Made by a program: the position numbers and the translations under genes. Shown here piece by piece: positions 27,571 through 37,400 of a stretch of 64,000 bases of DNA. Below the pieces are notes generated by a model. The model saw only the letters and a list, made by a program, of their open reading frames with translations, was not told the origin of the DNA and did no database searches. Origin of the DNA: Elusimicrobiota bacterium (GTDB lineage: Bacteria > Elusimicrobiota > Elusimicrobia > F11); NCBI GenBank assembly GCA_044221725.1, contig JBGAON010000003.1, positions 480,001 through 544,000 on the forward strand, in the 5' to 3' direction. Numbering within the stretch: position 1 is the first letter of the stretch; every line of letters starts with the position of its first letter.

Positions 27571-28494
27571 TTAAAACTTCATGTGCGCGGCGTAGCGAAA
27601 CGTATTTCCGAAATCGCCAAACGGAACCCACGCAAAATCCAAATCCAAACGACCAAATCCAAGTCCCCCGCCCAGAGTTAAACCGGCGGCGCCTGCGTCG
27701 GTGACGGTGGAGTTGTAACCGGTGCGCAGCGCAAAACGGTTTTTGGAACCAATGTCATGGCGATATTCGAGTCCAACACCAAATCCGGGGTCGTTATCGC
27801 GGAACCACCGCCCGTCGGCGGTCACTAGCAAATTCTGTCGCAGGAAAGTCGTCGCGACGCCGGCATCAACCATGAGTGGAAGCGGATCGGATTCGTTCCG
27901 GAATTCAACCGCTTGACCAAAGTTTTTAACGGCGAGGCCGAGCGATACGGGTTTTTCTTGCAGGCGTTTAATTACTCCGACGTCGCCGGCCCACGTGCCT
28001 GCGGAGGCGGCGTCGATCGACTGACTGATGTACCGGGCCGTAACACCGAGCGACGTGAGCGGTGTCAAATTGTGCCCATAGGAGAGCGCGTAGGCGGCGT
28101 CCATGGCTTTGAAGTCTCCGTTGTGCGTCTCGTCGGAGCCACGACGCTGAATATCTTCGACCTTTAGAGTCGACGCCGCAAACGCGAGCGCGCCGTGATT
28201 CGTCGGATAACAAAACGCTCCGAAATCGTAATTTGCATCGGCAATCCACTGCGTGTGCATCGCCGCAAATTCGGGACGCGCAACATCGGCGATGCCGGCC
28301 GGATTAAACGTCACCGAGTTCACATCTTCCGAAACCGCCACGAACGAATCCCCCATCGCCGTCGGACGGGCCCCCGCGCCGATTTTCAAAAATTGCGCGG
28401 CGGATGTTCCGACGTTTTTGTTCGTCGCAAAAACAAGTTGCGAACCAACCATCACGAGAGTGCTTGCGATGATGAGTTTCAGTGCCCGCATCAT
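27571..28494 (-). CDS. PorV/PorQ-family outer-membrane beta-barrel (cassette 3)
   Basis: GTSAAQFLKIGAGARPTAMGDSFVAVSEDVNSVTFNPAG; ends DFAWVPFGDFGNTFRYAAHMKF. Start ATG 28494 overlaps the upstream stop (ATGA); the track start at 28599 is too early. Confidence 0.88.
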   Translation of the reverse strand: MMRALKLIIASTLVMVGSQLVFATNKNVGTSAAQFLKIGAGARPTAMGDSFVAVSEDVNSVTFNPAGIADVARPEFAAMHTQWIADANYDFGAFCYPTNHGALAFAASTLKVEDIQRRGSDETHNGDFKAMDAAYALSYGHNLTPLTSLGVTARYISQSIDAASAGTWAGDVGVIKRLQEKPVSLGLAVKNFGQAVEFRNESDPLPLMVDAGVATTFLRQNLLVTADGRWFRDNDPGFGVGLEYRHDIGSKNRFALRTGYNSTVTDAGAAGLTLGGGLGFGRLDLDFAWVPFGDFGNTFRYAAHMKF

Positions 28495-31400
28495 TTCAGC
28501 ACCGCCATCTTGATAAACCGCTTTTCCGAACCGACCGTCACGTGGCCGAGGTAAATTCCCGAAGCGACCTTTGTGCCGTGATCGTTCGTTCCGTCCCATT
28601 CAACATACGTGTGGGTACCGCCGGTGATGGTTCCCGCATCGATCGTTCGAACGAGTTCCCCCGCGATGTCGTAAATCTCGATCTTGGCCGATCCCGACAC
28701 CGTGGTGGGCGCGCTGATTTTGATCATCGTTCCCTGAATTGATTGCGACGCGCTGCTCGTGCCCGGATCCTGCAGCGTGACCGGTTTCATGTTCAGATCA
28801 AACGGATTTGGAAAATTAAAAATTTCGAGGTCGCCCGAATACCCGCCGCCGTGCACGATCGAAACACTGGATTCGAGTACGGTAAAGATCGAAGCGTGCC
28901 CAACTTCGACGGTAATCGTATGGTTCGTGCGATCCACGCGGCGATTCGTGTTCTCTATCGTGTACACACCCTGAGATTCGTTGAAGTAATAAACATTAAT
29001 GAGATCGGGATTCGCCGATTCGTCGTATTTCAATGTGAGCGATGGTTTGTTGTTGCGATCGAACACGTGACTGACGCCGGCCGGCAAAAAGATGTCATAG
29101 AAAGAGCTAAAGGGGTTCACTGACGGTGAGTCTTCAAGCGCTTTAATAGCGCGGTACATTCCTTCCGGATACGCCTTCGCTCCGAGCTGAGACGCGACGG
29201 CCATCGCCCCGATGCCGCGACGCCGCGTCGGCGAATGCAAAGCGGAGAGCGAAACCTGTCCATTGATACCCGTTACATCATCGGCGGACTGCATTTTCAT
29301 TATCAAACTTTCGTTTGAGCACGCGTTTGCTGGCACACTAAAGCCGGCGCCGTCGGGCAACGAAAGGTCCGCGCCGACGAGGCAATTCACTTCGTTTGTT
29401 TGTTGGGCGAGAATGCCGAGCGGTTGTTTGAAGCTGTCGGACACGTTGTAGTTGTCGCCGGTTTTTGGATTAATTTCGTCGGTGTTGAACGATGCATCAA
29501 ACTGCACGTAGTCGTTGCCGGTTTCGTTTCCGAGCGTGTAGGTGTAATTTGCGCCGTACCGGTCCGCGCTGAACGAATCGCCGGTCAGTGTGCCATTCCC
29601 TTTCGATATCGTCACAAACTGACTGAGATCGTTGTCCGCGTCGGACTTGTTGCGGAATTTTTGATTGCAAGCAAAGCGTGCGGAGATTTCGCTTTTCTCC
29701 GGAATCTTCAAGATGAAGTTCGCGGTGAGTTTTGGCTCGGATACCGCGTACGATAGATCAAGCGACGTGTCGGTGGCGGGCATTTCAAAGCTGTCTTTCA
29801 ACACTTTGGCGCGTCCCGATTTGTCGAGAGCGATGATTTTGTAAATCGTGTTCGCTTGCAGTCCATAGAACGTGTAACTGTCGACGTTTTCCACAGTGTC
29901 GTACGAGATTTTCGAAAGATTCGCGCGGTAGGTGTTTTTCAGCGAATCAACCGCGCGCAAATCGTCAATGTCGGTCGTTGTCGGCAGGTCGTTGCTTGTT
30001 GTTCGAATTTTGCCCGACAAGTTTGCACCGCCCGCCACAAGCGAGATCGTCCCTTGGTCGCTCACTTGACCGTTGATAACGATATTGGCCAGGCGTTTCG
30101 GCTGATGGTTCTTTGCAATGAAATCGAAATCGAATCGCCCCGTTGGAATATTGAGATTAAAACTGCCATCCGGGTTCGACAAAAATTCGTAGGTTTTCTT
30201 CTGGTTGCGCGGCGTCACAAGAATGCTCACGCCCGGTCGGTCCGCGTTGGCGCCGTAACCGGCCACCAACGATTGGTTTGACGAAGAGACAATCTGTCCT
30301 TTGATCGAACTTTTCACGCTCTGTAACGCCAGCGAGAGATTCGCGATCTGGCTGTCGGATTTGATATCGATCGAAAGACTCTGCGCTTCGGTAAACAACG
30401 GATTGGAATCCGTATTGCCGAGTGGATTTGCGATAAAGTCGTAGTAACGCACCGCATCCGAAGAAAGATTTTCAAATTTGAAAACGCCGACGTCGTTCGT
30501 AAACGTCTGAAGAGGTGAAATTGTTTTTGCCAGAGATTGATAGGCAAGAACCGGAATGTGAGGCAGCGTTGCTCCATTCTCATCCACGACCGTTCCAGAA
30601 ACCAGTTTCCCCTGTTTCAATGTTACGACACCGAGATCCACCACTTCGCCACCGGACGCAATGCGCGCGTGCAACAGCACCGGCAAGAAAGATTTTCCTT
30701 GGTCGTCTTGCGAAAGCGATGCTGGCGGTTGAATTGAAATATCGTAATCGAGATTCGGAAGAATCGACGCTTTGTATTTACCGTCGGTGCTGTCCAGTTC
30801 CATATTGATGATCTGGCCGCGCGTTGTCACGCGCACCGTGGAGTTTTTCGGCAACAACAAATCCTTGTTCGTGGATGTAACCAATGTTCCGAATTTGTTC
30901 GCGAGCGTCAGTTGAACAAGCCCCGCGTTCGAAAGCGCCAGCGTGGCTGATTTTGTGTCGGAAGCATTCAAAAGATTCACGACAACGGGTTTTGCCGTGT
31001 ACTTTGCCGGCGTGTTTTCGTCTTTGATCGACAACACGTAATCGCCGATGCGCAGATTCGAAAACGTAACGCTCGCTGATTTCCCTACCACCGAAATGGA
31101 TTTTTCCTGGATGACTTTCTTAAGCGCTGCATCAACGAGTTGAACTTTCAATTGATAGCTTGTTTCCGTGTCGGGCGTGGTAACCGCGACCGCAATGTCG
31201 CCGCCTTTTTGGATCGTAAAGTCTTGCGCGACGTTGGCGATTGGCGAGACGATCACGGACGATAACGGAAGGTCCGGTTTGCCATCGGCGTCGATATCTG
31301 GGTTGACGCTCACCAAATAGGAATTTCCCTTTTCGAGTCCATCAATCGAATACGTCCCGTTCGTTGTGTTGATGACGCCCCATTTAAATTTCGTTGGATT

Positions 31401-34400
31401 AAGAATTTGGCCCGCGATTGTTGGAAGTGGATCGGTTGTTCCGTCCGGATTTAAGAGCTGCGCTTGCACGCGCACGCTCGAGACCGATTGGTCGCCGGCG
31501 GTGGTATGGAACAAACTGTTCGTGCTGTTCGCGGCGATGTTCGCGAGCGAATCGTATGGCGGGGCCGCCGTCGTGCGAACGGTTCCGGCAATCGAGTAAT
31601 AAGACACCGCATTCAGATCAATTGAGACGTTCGTCGTTTTCCCGTTGGTGATGAACACGTCTTTGTTGCGTGAGGCGCCAGAGGCCGGATCATAAACGGA
31701 CAAGTTGTATTTGCCGTTGCTCAAATTCGAAAACGTAAATTGATTGCCGCTAATCGTGGGATTGCTGCGGTAATCCGCATCCTTATAGAGATAGGTGTAC
31801 ATGCTGTTCAGCGAAGAACCCACGGGACATGACACCGCTCCGACGAGAACACCCGAGTCCTGCGCGAAGCCAACGTTCAATGAACCAATCGATGACGCAA
31901 CCGTGAGCTTGAACGGTTGGGCACCGATCGGCGAAAAGCCTGACAAAGGATCAAAGAACACGTCGTACGTGCCGTTTGATAGACCAAGCACCGTTGCGGC
32001 ATAGGATGTATTCGAAGCGTTCGTGTTCACGTAAATGCTTTGGAAGCCGTAGGACCCGCCGTTCGTGTAACGCATACGAACTTGGAATTTCCCGTCCAAC
32101 GATCCGTCGTTTGAATCAAGCAGAGTCGTATTGCCCGCGAAGTCTAGATTCACGGTGCCCTGGCCACCTTTGTCGAGCGTGACATCCTGAGTGACGTCCG
32201 CGCTCGCGATGGTTGCCGTAATTGTCTGCGGACTTAGGCCGGGTACGTCGAACGTCACCAAATAAGTGCCCGCGTCCAGATCAAGCAAGCTGTACGAAAC
32301 GCGCGATTCCCCAACCGGAATGTACGCGGAGGCCCATTTTGTTGGATACCCGTTGACGAACGTGTTCGTGTTGGAGTCTTTGATTCCCGCCGCAATGTTT
32401 ACGTTGTAGCCGTACGGATTCGAAACGCCGTTGCTCAAATTCACGAAACCAGAAAGTCCTTTTTTCGGCGTGAGGCTCACGTTCCAGGTGTACGTCTCCC
32501 CATCGGCCAGCGTGTAGGTGAGCGGCGCCGTCGTGAATCCGGGCAATTCCAAACGAAGCGTGTAAGAAACGCCCGCTTTCAAATAAATGGACGGCTGATC
32601 GGTTCCAAATCCATTGTCGCCCGTGGTGCGCCCGTAAGCGAAATGCAACGTGTTCCACAATTCGTTGGCGCCCGTCGCAATGGTGTTTGCGATGGAATTG
32701 TCTTTCGTTCGGATGGAGCCCCACAGATCCATGAACGCGTTTGTGCGCGTCGCGTTCACGATTATGCGCGCCAATGGGGCTATCAAAATGTTTCCGAGAT
32801 TTTGGTTTGTTCCGTCGAAGCTAAACGTAATGTCTTTGGTCTCGAACCCTTGTTTTTCGATATGCATCGCGTACTGACCCGGAATCAAGCTGCCCACTTC
32901 GAACGTTCCATCCGACAATGTTTGTACCGAGCGATAGGTTGGACCATAAAGATTGATGTTCACGCCTTGAAGCGGCGTCGCGTTCGACTTGTTCTTTAGC
33001 GTTCCTTGCACACCGGTGGATTGGATTGAGAACGAGAGGCTTGTGTCCGTTGCGCCCGCTGCTTTGATGCGCAGCTGATAATTGCCCGATGTGGCGTTCC
33101 CTGTGTTCGGATAATAAAGTGTTCCGTTCCACGCCATGCGCACGTTTTGTCCGTAGCCCCACAGCGTTGCAAGAATCGTCGTGAAATTGTCCTTCGAAAT
33201 TTCGATGGTCGATGAAATATTTTGCGCGACTTGATAATTGATAAAGATCGAGTCATCGACGCCATCCCCGTTGGGTGTCATCGCGACATTGGTTTTCGTG
33301 CCCGTATTTCCTGTGTCGATTGAAATGTTGGACAACACGGACCCGTTGACCAACGGATACACGGTCATGAAATTTTCGGAGCTGTACGAACCGCTGTTCA
33401 GGTCCAAGTACGAAATTTTTAAACCGCGCGTTTGCGTGTCCGACGCCTGGAGTTGGTAATAAATTGAGAGGGTGTTTTGCCCGCTCGGAAAAACAACAGT
33501 CTTATTCGAGGCGCCGGCGCTCATATCGCTCGAAGCCGAGATGAGCGCCGTTGAATCAGCCGAATACGAATAAGTCGCGTTGTCCCATTTCACGGCCGTC
33601 ACTTGAATGTTGGTCGCCGAACCCAAATTCGCAAGTTGACCGCAGGTGCTCTTGCCCTGCAATTTCACGGTGGTCACTTGTCCGATTTGCGCAAACGTTT
33701 CGTAGTTTTCAAACCCGAGCCAGTTCGCCACTCCCGCCACCAAATTAACTGTCGGAGACGCAGCGATTTCGGTCGGAAGGCCGCACGCGTTCGCTTGACT
33801 CAGCACACGGATCGGAACATTGTTCTGTATGTCGCAGGTGTAGCTTCGGGCTTTCATGTTGAGCGTAATTGTGTCCCGCTGATTCAGTGTCCCCGTCACG
33901 CCGATGTCGATCAGTTGACCGTTGGCGGTGAGTGTCAGCGTGACGGACTGGTTTGACGTTGTTGCCGTCACATAGCCCGACATGCTTGAGGAATAAGTTT
34001 GCGGATACGCCCAGCCATCGGGAACGCGCACCGAAATTTTTCCGCCACTTAAAATTCCGCGGGAGCCCACCGTGAACGTGAGTGTCATGTTCGTATCGGT
34101 TGAGGTCGGCATCGACGCCGGGCTCACGATGGCCGTTCCTTCTCCATCACCGGCCGATGCGGAACAACCGCCAAACGCGACCGCCGAAGGGCTGTTCGAA
34201 AGCCCACCTGTGTTGAACGCTTCATCGCGCGCGCGAACAGAGAAGAAATAATTTACGCCAGCGGACAAACCATTAAGCGTTATCGATCGCTGGGTACCGG
34301 CAACCGCTGGAATAATAGGAGTAGCGTTGACCGGCGGGGCGGAAATGTCGATGGCGTTCATCCAATCGTTTTCGGTAATAATCGGATTCGGTGCGTATTT

Positions 34401-37400
34401 GATCGCGACAGACGTGGCCGTTCCGGTATTCCCGTCGTCACCAGTCGAGGCCCACGAAAGATTTACCGAGCCCTGAACTTGGCCACTTGCGGCCGTTAGG
34501 TTTTGAATAGAAGCGGGCGGCGTGAAGTCGCTGCCCGCGCCACCGGTTGCTCCGCTAACAAAGAAATCGACCACGGAGGGCGACGAGAGCAAACCCGCGT
34601 TGTCAACCGCTTGAACGGTGATCTGGTAATGACCATTGTTCCAATACGGCAAATTCGTGTACGACCAATAATTGTTCATGTAATTCGAATCCGTGAAGTG
34701 CGCCGCTGACATCCACGATTGAGAGGTCGGCGCCCAGTGCAGATTCAAATTTAAATCGGTGATATCCACCTGCACTTTTGAAACACTTTGATCGTCGTTG
34801 GCGCTGCCGCTGATTATCGTGAGATTGGACGGTGCGTACACTTGGGCGTTTACGAGGGAATAAATGGCAACCGTTGGCGGCGCATTCGATCCTCCGGCCG
34901 CTCCCGAAATGGTGATGTTGTGGGACGCTTGGGTTTCCTTGCTGGCAATATCTTTGGCTTTTGCAGTGACGATGTAGGTGCCCGCTGACCACATTGCCAT
35001 GGGAACCGTGACCGCCCAAGATGCGGCACCGTTCGCGCGAATAAAAGAATCGCCCGAACGCCACAGACCGCCGTCCCATGTGTAACCATCGCTGTTGCGC
35101 GTAATCCTTACGTCCACGTGATCGACACCGGTGTCGTCGGTGGCATTACCCGAAATTGACGTTAACTGGTCCGGCGAATAGCTCGCGTTGTTGGCCGGTT
35201 GATAAATCGAGACCGTTGGTGGCGTCGCATCGCCGGCGCCGGCGCCCGCACCATAGACGGTGAAATTTGTAATTTTTGTGGCCAGATTTCCGGATTGATC
35301 CGTTGCATTTACTTCCAGCGCGTAACCGCCGTTCGTGTAAATTGATGAGGGAACCGTGTAGCTGAAATCGATTCCGGTGCCATTGTTTGTGAATGTGGGG
35401 TACAACAAATACTTTGTGCTCGAAGCAAACGCGTTTCCGTTGTAGTACATCACCGTGCTTGTGTTTTTAAGAGCGAGCGTGATGTTGGAAATTCCAAACG
35501 CGTCGGCGGCTCGTCCGGATATCGTTGTGAATGAGTAGGGCGTTTGGTTTGCGTTGTCGGCCGGATTGTAAACGTAGATTTCTGGTGGCACGGTGTCGGC
35601 GGCTCCTCCACCGCTGATGCCCGAGACCGTGAATTGGTTCGAAACCGTTGTGAGATTGTTCGCGCCGTCGCGAATTTGCAGGAAGATGGTGAATGTGTCG
35701 TTCTTCCATGCGTTGATCGGGACCGCCCAGTTCCACGGAGAAACCGTGCCCACATTTTGTGTGACCGGCGTCGCGCTGGTCCAACTGTTTCCATTGAAGT
35801 AGTTGTTGCTGCTGTCACGCATCCACACCAAAACCTCGGAAACTTGATTGTTGTCGGCCGCCGTGCCGTTCAAATTTGCCAGCGTGGACGCCGAAGTGTA
35901 ACTCGCACCATTCGCGGGAACCAAGATCGCTCCCGTCGGAAGAATCGCGTCGGAAACGGGTCCGCCCGCGCTTTGCGCCGTGAACGTGACGGTTTGACTT
36001 TGGGTGTTGTTCGATGTGTCCTTGGCGCGGGCTTCCAACAGATACGCGCCGTTCGTTAAAGCGGCGGCTGGCAGCGAAAACGTCCAATACGCCATGCCGT
36101 TTGTCGGCAAATAGGTTTGCACGCCCGCATTAAATCCCACTCCGTTGTAGTAAAGGTTTGTGGAAAGCTGTTTAACACTCACTTCGACCATTTGAAGTCC
36201 CACCGCGTCGCCGGCATTTCCATTTATGGTTAGTATTGTTGGATCGGAAATGGAACCGTCCACGGGATTCGTGATGGTGACGTACGGCGGAACCGTGTCT
36301 CCGGCTTGTGCCGAATTAACCGTGAAATTCGAAATGGCGTACGAGATGTTGTTGTTCCCGTCGCGCGCTTTGGCTTTCAATCGGTATTGATGCCCGCTCA
36401 CCCACTTGTTCGACGGAATGCTCGTGAAATACCACGGGTTTGGGTTGGGCATGATGAGAAAGTTTTCGGTGAGATTGTTGAAGTCTGCCATGGCGGTATC
36501 CCAATATTTGTTGATGGTCACATCAAGAATGGAAGCGCTTGCCTCCACATAGCTGCGATCATCGTTGGCGTTTCCGCTCATAGTGACGAGCGAGGCCGGT
36601 GCCTGCGTGCTTCCGTCCGTTGGAAAATAAATGGAAATAGTTGGATAAACGAAGTCGGCGCCGCCACCGCTCGACACGGAAAAATTGGCGCTTTGAACAC
36701 CTTGGTTGTTCGAAAAATCGGCAGCGGTTAAGCTCATGGCATAATTTCCGGATTGAGAAAAAGCCGAGACGGGCATTGTGAACTGCCAAAATCCGGGTGT
36801 CACGTTGTTAAAAATCGGACCGGCAATCCAGGTGTTGCTGTTATTGTTCCAATCGAGGTTGTCCGCCAAGCGCGTGATACGAACTTTGGCCCAACTCACG
36901 CCCACGTTGTCGCTCACGTTTCCCGAGAGCAGTGTTAACTGACTATCGGTGTAGGTGCCCGCATTTGATGGATAATAAATCACGACGCTCGGGGGCGTGC
37001 TCTCAACGTCGGCGACCGGTGTTATTTGCGATGTTGCCGACGCTTGATTTCCACTGGCGTCGGTCGCCGTTACGGTAATCGTATAAAGACCACCGGTGCT
37101 CCAAGTGACCGCGCCTCCGTTGAAATTCCAGCTTGCGGTGCCGGTCGCCGGATTTGAAATTTGTTGCGCGCCGCTCCAATAATTACCGTTGGAATTCCAC
37201 CAGCCGGCTGGACCTTGAATCATGATCTGAACGTTTTGGACGCTGACATTGTCGGCCGCCGTTCCCGAAATTGTTGCCAAAGAGGAGATGGTTGGGTTGC
37301 TGCCATTTGTGGGCGCGTCGATTTGGACGGTTGGAGCCGTTGAATCACCGCTTCCCCCACCGATCGTAAAATTGATGTTCGGGGTGATCTGAGAATTGTT

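Noticed and set aside
28495..28599. N-terminal extensions given by the track for PorV (28599, 40015), TatD (50035), panB (62401) and argB (24074)
   Set aside because: They overlap upstream genes deeply; downstream starts give signal peptides or family-typical N-termini, most with 4-bp stop/start overlaps.
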